Assembly (NCBI GenBank): GCA_951406725.2
Contig: OX597818.1
Span: 81,034,001-81,098,000 of the forward strand
Direction: 5' to 3'
From: Octopus vulgaris
Lineage: Eukaryota
DNA: 64,000 nucleotides
Shown here: one piece after another, positions 41,886 through 53,997 of the stretch
How the letters are laid out: every line of letters begins with the position of its first letter
Numbering within the stretch: position 1 is the first letter of the stretch
The notes under the pieces: generated by a model
What the model was told of the DNA's origin: nothing
What the model saw: the letters and a program-made list of their open reading frames with translations, nothing else
The model's database searches: none
Position numbers and translations under genes: made by a program

Positions 41886-42308
41886 CAGGCCATTTTTAAA
41901 GGCCAAGAATCAACTCATCACTTTCTATTGAAAGAACTGACCAGCTGCAAAGATGTAAACACATTTTTTTCTTTTTTCTCTCTTCCTTCTTTCTTTCCTT
42001 CTCTTTTCCATTGACAGTCCTTTTAGATACACACACACAAATACACATACTCTCTCTCACTTTCTACCCATTCCTCACACTCTTTTACTATCCTATATCT
42101 CTCTCCACCCCTACACACTAAATAATACTATAAAAAGAGACGAATCCTCTCAAACAAATTCAGATCTGGAGATTCTAGTAAAGTGGATGCAAGTGCTAAT
42201 ATATGATTTATAAAAACATGTGACATATTAATAAAAATCTATAAATGTAAAACCATCCAGATTTCTGAGTACCTCATTTCTTCTAATATATATGTAAATA
42301 TATATGTA

Positions 42309-42364
<56 letters not shown>

Positions 42365-42741
42365 TATATTTGTATGTGTGTTTGTATATATTTGTATATG
42401 TGTTTGTGTATATGTGTGTATGTATATACATATATGTGTGTATGCGTGTGTGTATATATATATATATAAATATGTGTGTGTCTATATATATGTATATATA
42501 TATGCACATATATTTCAATATATATATATATACGTGTGTGTGTGCATGTATATATATTTGTGTGTGTGTGTGTACATATATATATAGATATATATGTGTG
42601 TGCATGTGTATGAGTGTATATATATATGTTTGTGTATGTGTGCATATATATATATGTTTGTGTGTGTATGTATATATGCATGTGTATATATATATGTGTG
42701 TATTTGTGTGTATATATATATATATATATATACACACAAAT

Positions 42742-42774
<33 letters not shown>

Positions 42775-42778
<4 letters not shown>

Positions 42779-43649
42779 GTCTGATCAATAAGTATCCGTA
42801 CTGTTGCTATAGTAACGAGTCCCAAATCATGCAGTGTGAAGCTACTTGGCACGAATTGACCTTGGACTTTGCTGTGCATGCGCTCTAAGTTTTAGTGTTC
42901 TACATTACTTTCACTGTTTACAGCAGTGCTTGGAAGGAAGGTGTGTAGCATTTGATCATCATATTGACTGTAACAGCGAGTATTGTCTTGGTGATACCTG
43001 CTCACATGCCTATTCAAAGTTGCAGGTGTATGAAGAGGACTGCATGGGCTGCACACATGGGCAGACGACATTTCCAAGATGGTTGTAAAAATGTCAATAT
43101 TGACAAATGTCAGAGATGTGCAACCTGCAGAACTGAGAAAAACATTGCAGATGTGCATGAAGCTGTGAATTGAAATCATTGTATCACTATCTGTGAGTTG
43201 TCAGAGGATGTGCAGATTAGTTATGGTTCAGTTCAGTCCATTATCACTGAAGATTTGGGTATGAGATGTGTGTCTTTCAAGTTTGTGCAAAAACTGCTTT
43301 TAGCTGATCAAAAAGACACTTGGGTTTCAGTTGCACAAGATCTCCTTGAGTGTGTTGAGAATGGTGAAAACTTTGCAAAGGTCTTTGAGCAGGTATCACC
43401 AAGCATTTGGCAATATTTGATGCAGATTCTCTCCTCAATTTTCTCTGTCATGGTCAATGCGACATTTGCATGCTACACACCTTCCTACCAAGCACTGCTG
43501 TAAACAATAGGAGTGAGCTTGAATGTTCAAACTTAGTGTGCATGCACAACAGAGTTCAAGGTCAGTGTGTGCCAAGCAGCTTGCTTCACTCTCCTTGACT
43601 TAGCTTCATTACTATAACAACAGTCCGGATATTTATTGATCAGAACATG
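42775..43649 (+). mobile_element. Non-autonomous mariner with long inverted ends
   Basis: TIR gaggtctgatcaataagtatcc / ggatatttattgatcag; HTH remnant ELSEDVQISYGSVQSIITEDLGMRCVSFKFVQKLL; no DDD domain. Confidence 0.82.
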
Positions 43650-43657
43650 TATGTATA

Positions 43658-43700
<43 letters not shown>

Positions 43701-43754
43701 AATGTAACGTCTTATGATAATTTTCTTCTCTAACTTTTCTTTTCCTGCCTTCAG

Positions 43755-44077
43755 CTCCCTGCATCTCCCTTACATCAAGGACCAACACACATTGCTGATT
43801 CCCAGAATTCTGTGCCACCAGGCCATCCGTATCAGGTTATCAACAACAAAATTCCTACACCACCTCCACAGCCAAAGTTATATTCCTACTCACCAAGATC
43901 CAGTAACAATGTGCCACAATTCAGAAGATCTCCTGACAATGAGTACCAAAATCTCAGCAGCCTGCAACCGAACAACTTTGAGTTGTCTCAAAATAGGAAT
44001 ATGAATCCTTCACTGCCATTTCCTCCACCACCCAGCAATCACCCAGAAGCTGATTACAGCGAATCATTGGATTATGG
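43755..44077 (+). CDS. BAIAP2: IRSp53/BAIAP2-like exon L (Pro-rich): LPASPLHQGPTHIADSQNSVPPGHPYQ...PFPPPPSNHPEADYSESLDY(G)
   Basis: Pyrimidine tract + ttcag, GG|gtaaat donor; 323 bp, open, phase 0 to 2. Confidence 0.78.
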
Positions 44078-46259
44078 GTAAATTCATTCATTCTTTTTTT
44101 CAATTTTGACGTTGTCATCATCATTTAACATCCATATTTCATGCTAGCATGAGTTGGGCAGTTTAATTGGGACTGACAAGACAGGACTGTGTTGGGCTCA
44201 GTGTCTGCTTTGGCATGGTTTCTGTGGCTGGATGTCCTTTCTGATGCCAGCCATTTTACAACTATGTACTGGATGTTTTTGTTTTTTTTCATGGCATTGG
44301 TGCCAGTGAGGTTGCTAAGTAACTTGCAAGACAAGAGTCTATGACTGAGTGGGGGCACAGTATTGAAGCAGGTGGATTTGTACCAAATGTTGAGAGGCTA
44401 AAGTATGATTGTGGGACCACAGCTACCCTTGAAAGTGAGGATGGTGGAGATGAGATGTCAAGGTGATCCTAAAGATACAAGGAGATGCATAAAGGGAGAA
44501 TAGGGATAAAGGGACAGACAAATTAGAATGGCTGACTGTGAATTCATGAGTGGGAAAGGAGAATCACAGACAATTAAGTAATGTTTGTTACCACTTCAGC
44601 ATGGCTGTTCCATATGAACCAATATTACTTCCAGTTTTAATCCCAAGAAGATGTCTTCCCTAGCTGGTTATTGATGCAATCTGCAACCAATATATATTGC
44701 AAGCAGAGGACTGAACCCCTATCAACTTCTAGTAACTTGACAGGACCAGCAGACTCTAGTTTTGGGCAATTCTTTTCTACTCTAGGCACAAGGCCCAAAA
44801 TTTTGGTGGAGGGGGCCAGTCGATCAGATCGACTCCAGTACGCAACTGGTACTTAATTTATCGACCCCAAAAGGATGAAAGGCTAAGTTGACCTCAGCAG
44901 AATTTGAATTCAGAACGTAAAGACAGACGAAATACCACTAAGCATTTTGCCTGGCTTGCTAACGATTCCACCAGCTCACCTCGGCTATTGAGCAGTTGTT
45001 CACTCAACCTCACAATGTATAGGAAAATAAGTGACAATCAGTCACTGATCTTGCAACAAGCATAGTAGCTAGTCAGAAAATCTCTATAAGAGATGAAAGT
45101 ACTAACTATACTGAGAAATAATGTTTATCCCTGCTTCAATATGACTGTTTCATATGAATCCATGTTACTGCCTTTTTTAAGTGGCAGGCGAAATGCTAAG
45201 TGGTATTTCGTCTGCCAATACATTCTGAGTTCAAATTCCGCCGAGGTCAACTTTGCTCTTCATCCTTTCGGGGTCGATAAAATTAAGTCCCAGTTACACA
45301 CTGGTGTCGATGTAATCGACTTAATCCTTTTGTCTGTCCTTGTTTGTCCCTTCTATGTTTAGCCCCTTGTGGGCAATAAAAAAATAAAAAATTAAATATG
45401 GGGACAGAGGCAAATATAATGAATGAGGAACATGGATGCAGGTTTGGTGAGCAGTGAGTCTCAGTTTGGAGTGGGAAGGTAAAGGAAAATAAAGGTGGGT
45501 TAGGGAGGAAATGTGATAGGTGGCATTACACAAAAGGGGGAGGTGAAGAGCAGCAGTATGATAAAATTGTAGATAGATGAGAAATAGGGAGATGATGTGA
45601 AGTGTGGGGAGATAGAAGTTGTACATAATAGAGGAGGTGAGAGGCATGCAGGGGTGGATATAGTGTGTGATAAAAACTGGTGGCAGAGGGATGTCAATGG
45701 CAGATATGAGAGGCTTTTCAGAGGAAAGTGACTTTCAGTGGAAAATAATGGTAAGTGATGATGTTGAGAATGTGGAATGGCTGACAAGGGAAGTAGTTTG
45801 AAGGAGAGGGGTAGCTGGTACTTTTAAAATAATAAATAAATGCGCCCTTTTTAAAGCCTAGCCAGGCTCATGGGCCTGGTTTCCCTGGTTTCAATGGTGT
45901 ATGTGTTCCCCAGCTGGATCGGACACCAGTCCGTCACAGCGTTACTCATTTTTGCCAGCTGAGTGGACTGGCGCAATATGAAATGAAGTATTTTGCTCAA
46001 GAACACAACACGTCACCCGGTCCAGGAATCAAAACCACAATCTTACGATCATGATGCTGACACCCTAACCACTAAGCCACGCACCTCCACAGCTGGTACT
46101 TTACTAGTACTTAATTTTATTGATTCAGAAAGAATGAAAGGGTAAGTCCATGAATCATTGTCATCATCATCTAGTGTCCATTTTCCATGCTGGTATGGCT
46201 TAGATGGTTTAACTGGAACTGGTAAGCTGATGCTGGATGCCCTTCCTGACACCAACTAC

Positions 46260-46718
46260 TCCACAGAGTGTAGTTATTACCTTTTATGTGTCACTGGTAT
46301 GGGTGCCTTTTACATATCACCAGCATGAGTGCCTTGTATGAGTCACCAGCATGGGTACCTCTTAATGTCACCAACACGAGTGCCTGTTATGTACCACCAG
46401 CATGAGTACCTGTTATGTGTCACCGGCACGAGTGCCTTTTACATGTCACTAGCATGAGTGGCTTTTACGTGTCACCAGCACAAGTGTCATTTACGTGTCA
46501 CCAGCACAAGTGTCATTTACGTGTCACCAGCACAAGTGTCATTTACGTGCCACCAGCACAAGTGTCATTTACGTGCCACCAGCACAAGTGTCATTTACGT
46601 GCCAGCAGCACAAGTGTCATTTACGTGCCACCAGCACAAGTGTCATTTACGTGCCACCAGCACAAGTGTCATTTACGTGCCACCAGCACAAGTGTCATTT
46701 ACGTGTCACCAGCACAAG
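46260..46718. repeat. 26-bp minisatellite (caccagcacaagtgtcatttacgtgy)n within an RTE-tail-derived element
   Basis: About 9 near-perfect units at 46470-46718, preceded by degenerate units. Confidence 0.9.
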
Positions 46719-47017
46719 CCGTGACTATGATTTCACTTGGTTTAATGTCTCTTCTCAAGCACAACAAATTGACAAAGGTCTCAATCACTTGTCAATTGCC
46801 TCCTTGAGACTTAACATCCAAAAATCATATGACTTATTAATATCTTCCTCTTAAATATTTTGGCAAGTGGCTGTGCGGTAAGTAACTTACTTATGATCCA
46901 CATGGTTCTGGGTTCAGTCCCACTGCGTGGCACCTTCGGTAAGTGTCTTCTACTATAGCCTCGACCGACCAAAGCCTTGTGAGTGGATTTGGTAGACGGA
47001 AACTGAAAGAAGCCTGA

Positions 47018-47018
47018 C

Positions 47019-47054
<36 letters not shown>

Positions 47055-47635
47055 GTATGTATATATATATGTATGTATGTATGTATATATGTATGTATGT
47101 ATGTATATATGTATGTATGTATATATATATGTATGTATGTATATATATATATGTATGTATATATATATATGTATGTATGTATATATGTATATATATATGT
47201 ATGTATATATGTATGTATATATGTATGTATATATATATGTATATATATATGTATGTATGTATATATGTATGTATGTATGTATGTATATATGTATGTATAT
47301 ATGTATGTATGTATATATGTATGTATGTATATATGTATGTATATATATATGTATGTATGTATGTATATATGTATGTATGTATATATGTATGTATGTATAT
47401 ATATGTATGTATATATGTATGTATGTATATATATATGTATGTATATATATATATGTATGTATGTATGTATATATGTATGTATGTATATATGTATGTATAT
47501 ATGTATGTATGTATGTATATATGTATGTATGTATATATGTATGTATGTATATATGTATGTATATATGTATGTATGTATATATGTATATATGTATGTATGT
47601 ATATATATATGTATGTATATATGTATGTATATATG

Positions 47636-47678
<43 letters not shown>

Positions 47679-47685
47679 ATATATG
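47018..47685. repeat. Expanded (TA)n/(TATG)n tract inside a family-B SINE
   Basis: Read directly. Confidence 0.95.
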
Positions 47686-48057
47686 TTTGTGTGTCTGTGT
47701 TTGTCCTCCCAACATCACTTGACAACTGATGCTGGTGTGTTTATGTCCCTGTAACTTAGCAGTTCGGCAAAAGAGACCGATAGAATAAGTACTAGGCTTA
47801 CAAAGAATAAGTCCTGAGGTCGATTTGCTCGACTAAAGGCAGTGCTCCAGCACGGCCACAGTCACATGGCTGAAACAAGTAAAAGAGTAAGAGTAATATA
47901 GCATTTTCACCAATATGATCTTTCTGGTAGCAAGTAAGCATGGCTTATGATAAAAATTTGAACTCTTTGTCATGTGATTTTTCAAACAAATTATGACTAC
48001 TTACTAAAGTTATATTTTTAACGAATTATTAATTTGTTATATCTTTTCCTTTCCCAG

Positions 48058-48127
48058 TTATTACGCAAGGGATGATATACTAAACGATAATGGATACAGA
48101 GGACCAAATAACAGAACATCCACCTAG
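48058..48127 (+). CDS. BAIAP2: IRSp53/BAIAP2-like terminal coding exon: (G)YYARDDILNDNGYRGPNNRTST-stop
   Basis: cttttcctttcccag acceptor; phase 2 fits exon L; TAG at 48125-48127, followed by unique AT-rich UTR-like DNA. Confidence 0.72.
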
Positions 48128-48946
48128 AACATTTACTTTGAATTATGCTGTCCTGATAACCAGAACATCCACCTTACCCTGAACTTCTGCTTAGAAATGC
48201 TGCTTGGAATTGCAAATCCTGTCCAGACATCAACAATATCTACACCCCACATAGCTATGTTATTATCCTGAAAATATTGTTTAACCCAAACAAGTTAAAT
48301 TTTGACAATCTTGGAAATGATTTGGTATTAATAATGTAAATTGTTAGTTTTTTTTGTATTGAAATCAAAACTTCCATATGAAGTTTTCTGTCCATACTTT
48401 GCCCACACTAATCTGCTTCTTTTTGCACTCTAGGACAAATTGGATATTAAACAAAGAGGGTAGGCAACAATGGTGGTGAAATATATAACCGTGGTAATAT
48501 ATATATGTATGTATATATAATAATAATAATAATATTAATAATAATAATAATAATAATATGAGGGAATATTATTCCAAACTTACAGGGAAAAATTCAATTT
48601 AGAAATACTAAATCACATTTCACAAAATATAATATATATATATATATTAGAAAAAAACCACCTTTCAATAATGAAAAATTAAATTATACCATTTAGAATA
48701 ATTACATATTATAGAAAGATTAAATATAAGATAAAACATATAACAATGATTAAGTAATGTGCAAAATAGTAAATAAAATGTATATATTTGGTAGAATAAC
48801 GACATGCGTTTCCTGGCTATTTTTGCACATTACTTAATCATTGTTATATGTTTTATCTTATATTTAATTTCTATAATATGTAATTTTTCTAAATGGTATT
48901 ATTTAATTTTTCGTTATTGAATTGATAAAAGGTGTTTTTTTTTCTA

Positions 48947-48983
<37 letters not shown>

Positions 48984-50740
48984 CTGTATATAAGAAACAA
49001 GTTAAAAATAATGGTCATTATACATAATTCCTTATAAGGAAATTTGGCTTACAACTGTTTCCAGTATTTATTATAGGTACATTACTGATAAGGTTTACTC
49101 AATTGGTCTTTCATTAATCTAACTAATATTGTTAGCCTGGTGTGCCAACAGGGTTTTTATGAAGTATTTTTTCCCAGATTGATAATCCCTCACTATTATG
49201 AGTGTGTATAATATAGTATTAGACCAAATAATTTGGCAGATTTGGGACCAGAAGCATCTTGGGTTTCTGGATTTTCCAGTTTTCTGGAGACAGTCTAAAT
49301 ATATACTTAAAATGTAAAATACTCATAAACTATGAAAAGTATCTGTTAATCCCCTTAAGATTTTTAAAGATATCATATTGTACCATGTATACAATATAAT
49401 GTTTATATGATGAAAATTAAATTAAGAAAAGTAAAGAACATGATTTTATTTAACAGATACAAACACAAGTTAATACAATTTTAAAGCTGAGTATGATTAA
49501 TCTTTATCAATCCACTTCAAAAGAGTAAAGGACAAAATTATTTTTAACACATTCCAGAAAGAACAGGGTTTGTTCACTCAATACATGGTACAGTATACTG
49601 CATATATTGTACAGTATTTCCACATTTCTGAAAATTCCAGATGTTTTGGAAGTTGGATAAGAGGCCTGGTATTGTATATTCAAATATATTAAGATTTAAA
49701 ATCTCTTAGCTTCATTACATAAATTTCATGTATAAAGCATAAATGGTTGCTCCCCTTCTTGCTCTTCTCTGCTAACATAACACTCAAATAAGCAAACAGC
49801 AGAATTTTGTTGAATCTAAGGGTAGTCATTATGCCAATATAATTAACACACACACACTGGTTCAATTCCACTCATTTATTAAATATCTGATTGTTTTGTT
49901 TTTGTTTATCAAAGCTCTTTTGTGGATGCACATGACCTAGTGGTTAGAGCACCGGACTCGCGGTCGAGGGATCGCGGGTTTGAATCTCAGACCGGGTGAT
50001 GTGTTTGTTTATGAGCAAAACACCTAAGCTCCACGCGGCTCCGGCAGAAGGTAATGGCATACTTCTGCTGACTCTTTCACCACAACTTTCTTTCACTCTT
50101 TCCTCCTGCATCTTGTGTCTCACCTGTGATGGACCGGCATCCCGTCCAGGTGGGGAACCTATACGCCAAAGATGCCGGGAAACCGGCCCTTATGAGCCAG
50201 GCATGGCTTGAGAAGGAATAAACAACAACAAAGCTTTTTTGCTGTTTCTTGCAACCTTCTCAATGACTATTGACTTGGTCCTTTCTAGGACTAAGTCAAT
50301 AATCATCAAGAAGGTTGCAAGAAGTAATGAAAGAGCTTTGAGAAACGAAAACAAAACAATTGGATATTTAATAAATAAGTGAAATTGAATCAGTGTGTGT
50401 TTTAATTCTATTGGCATAATGACTCTCCCTAGACAACAAAATTTGAAATTTGTTTCAACATACAAATTCACATAAAGAATTTTGCAAATCAGATACAAAA
50501 ACAAACTACAGAATTTCACATATAGATATATTATTATTGATTGTATGTAATAATTAATTTGTAATTCATACTGTTGAGAAGTCCTTGAGCCCATGCCCTT
50601 CCAGTAACGCCAAATAGTGTGAAGTTACGTGAGAATATTTGAGTATTCAAGACCACATGGCTGTTAAACAGAGCTCTGCATACACAATTTTACTATAACA
50701 GGGAAGAAGATAATTTATGTATGTGTGTGTATAAAGATAT

Positions 50741-50795
<55 letters not shown>

Positions 50796-51313
50796 GAATG
50801 AAGAAAGAGTCTTAATTTAAAAATTATTAATTATATAAAAATAAATTTAGCACAACACAATGACACTAATATTTTGGACTAAGTTTTTGTATTGCATTCA
50901 GTGCTTTTGCTGTTAGGTTTTGTGTAAGGTATAACAATAAAGCATTGAAGTTAATTACAGGTAAATAAGATGAAAATTGGGAAAAAGTTAGGATTTTATA
51001 TTTAAAGTAATGTACAAGTAACGATGTTTGTCATGTATGTTGCAGTCATACATTGAAGTGAAATTAAGGCCGTGTGTAGAAATAATGATTTGGGCTTATT
51101 GTGCCAATTTTAAACAATGATGAACACTGCTTTCAAACTTGTGTCATTTAATGGCACACAACAGCTGTACCTGGTGGAAACTTCACAGTACTTTGTGGGA
51201 TCTTCTATTTGTGTATGTCAGCTTTTAAAGAACTTTCGGACTTTGGAGGTTTTCGAGTTCTAGAATTTCAGTTAAAGGATTTTAAACTATGTATGTGTGC
51301 ACACGCATATATA

Positions 51314-51378
<65 letters not shown>

Positions 51379-52290
51379 ATATTGATGTTGTTTTTATGTT
51401 ATAATAAGAACAATTTTACATTAAATTGAAGGATTACTCAATACATTTATTCTTTATTAAGAATAATACTGAGAGTGACTTTTGAAGTTTTTGGCCAGCG
51501 AAGCCGTCATTCCAATGATGACTGTAAACAAAAGAAAGAAAATAAATTGCAAAAGGCAAAAGAAAGATACTTTATAAGAATTCTGTATCCTAAACCAAAC
51601 CGGAAATAGCACCTTTACTGAAAATAACATCCCCTAGACAAATTACTCCTACAGCACGTGTGTTTGAGAAGCTGTAAACAGTGAAAGCACTTAACACACT
51701 ACAAAAACTACTTTTCAAAAGAATTAGCATCGTTCTTTTTTTTTAATAATTTTTTTATATAATTAATTTTCAGTTTAAGAAAATCTTTCTTCAAATATTG
51801 TGACTACATCAATACATATATGCAGTCTGTTACAAAAAACACGCAAATCTGAGTTTCATGCTCAATTAAAATATAAAAACATTAAGCAAGTATCACAACA
51901 AATGACATCAGCAATTTCGAATATTCAAACCAATATATGAAAGCTCCTGCATTCTGGGCTGGAAATATTGTAAGGAACACAACTCCATATATATATAAAC
52001 ATGATTTGTTGCTCTTTGGTGCTTAAAGCATGAAATATAAATATCTCTATATCTATATGGAATATAAAGGGTTTAAAGATGAATGGCTCTAAGAGGGGTT
52101 TTTTAAAAAAATAAAGAAGAAAATGAGTGAAAGTGTATTTTCTGTAAAGGAATTATTACATTATATGTATATATATATTCCACTCTGCTCCATGTATTGA
52201 GTACTATATTTTTATTCATGTAATTATTATAATACACAGCTTATAATTGAAAATAAAGAAAGCAATAAAATAATTTACATAACATCAATA
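48128..52290 (+). other. Possible long 3' UTR
   Basis: AT-rich, mostly unique sequence after the stop; AATAAA hexamers near 50936, 52252 and 52264. The true end is unknown. Confidence 0.3.
49213..49677. mobile_element. Old TA-flanked Tigger/pogo-like MITE; second copy at about 62734-63180
   Basis: Shared body (cagttttctggaga..ctaaatata.a.acttaaaat..., taacag...caaacaca) in both copies; termini degenerate, so the family call is tentative. Confidence 0.5.
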
Positions 52291-53589
52291 CTGTCTTAAT
52301 TTCATATGTATGTAATGTGTGTGCAAGCGTGTATGTATGTATGCGTGTGTGTGTGTGTGTGTGTGTGTGTTTGCACTTAGTAATTCTGCTACTATGGTAA
52401 TTGTGATTATTTTACTTAGAAGAAGATGATGATGATGATTCTCCCCCTCCTCCTCTCTACTATGGACACAAGACATGAAGTTCTGGGTGAGGGGGTTAAT
52501 TCATTTAGATCGACCCCGCTGCTCAGCCGGTACTTAATTTACCGATCCCCCGAAAGGTTGAAAGGCAAAGTCGACCTCGGTGGAATTTGAACTCAGAATG
52601 GAACGATCCGATAGAAATGCTGCTAAGGATTTTGTCCAGCACCTTAACTAGTCTGCCAGCTCACTCTGATGTTGATGATGGTGGTGGTGGTGGTCAAAGT
52701 TGCGGGTTGGCAGAATTGTTAGTACGCTGGACAAAATACTTAGCGGCATTTCGTACATCTGAGTTCGAATCCCGCCGAAGTCCACTTTGCCTTTCATTCT
52801 TTTTGGGATCGATAAAATAAGTACCAATTGATCTCAGTTTGATCAAAGATTACATCCGTGGAAAGGGACTTCAATTTAAATGTTATTAAGAACAACAAAT
52901 GGAACGCACTTGGGGTTTGCTTCAAGTGAAAATAATAAACGTTGCTGTGGTACAATGTTTCGTTCTTTCTGTTTTTATAGACGTTATGGTGTAGTTTAAT
53001 GAAGAATTGGCTGCTATTTCTAGCAGGTCCAGTGAGACCACGTAAAGGTTTTGTGTGTGGCAATAGAAATCAGCACACACGATATGTCGGCAACGAAGGT
53101 TTTCGATTAGTTAATATCACGTAACTTTAAATGCTTGTAACTTGATTATTAATTTGTAGAATAATGAATTCGATTTTCGTCATCTGCATGCAAAACTTCA
53201 TCAGAACTACAGTTTTTGAAAATAATCTGGTGAAAAAAAAAAAAAAAAAAAAACTTGAAGTGGTTGGAAGAAATTTAACAAAATCGCTAAGGATTACAAA
53301 TTAAGGTTGTTGTCATTTGTTGTGTACAACATACGCACGTTATATAAGTAAAGTGATGAGCGAGGAGAGAACAACTCACTAAGACAAGTGACTTAGATTT
53401 CCCTGGACGGCTTAGCAGCTTTCTGTATCAGGTTGACTTCGCCAGAATTAGTTTTTACAACTGTTAACGGTTTTCCTCGCACTCCGTCGGTTACAACAAC
53501 GTGTGTTCCAGTTGATCCGATCAACGGAACATCCTGCTCGTGGTATTAACGTGCAAGTGGCTGAGCACTCCACAGATACGTGCACCCTT

Positions 53590-53997
53590 TAGGTGGCGAG
53601 CTGGCAGAAGCGTTAGCACGCCGGGCGAAATGCTTGGCGGTATTTCGTCTGCCGCTACGTTCTGAGTTCAAATTCCGCCGAGGTCGACTTTACCTTTCAT
53701 CCTTTCGGGGTCGATAAACTAAGTGCCAGTTACGCACTGGGGGTCGATGTAATCGACTTAATCCGTTTGTTTGTCCTTGTTTGTCCCTTCTGTGTTTAGC
53801 CCCTTGTGGGTAGTAAATAAAAAGGTATTTCGTCTGCCGCTACGTTCTGAGTTCAAATTCCGCCGAGATCGACTTAGCCTTTCAACCTTTCGGGGTCGAT
53901 TAAATAAATACTAGTTACGCACTGGGGTCGATGTAATCGACTTTATCCCTTTGTCTGTCCCCTCTATGTTTAGCTCCTTGTGGGCCGTAAAGAAATA
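53590..53997 (+). mobile_element. Dimeric family-A SINE with 16-bp TSD, inserted in an older element
   Basis: agatacgtgcaccctt at 53574-53589 and 53998-54013. Confidence 0.9.

Noticed and set aside
46470-46718. CRISPR-like array of 26-bp repeats
   Set aside because: No unique spacers, no cas genes, eukaryotic context; it is a plain minisatellite.
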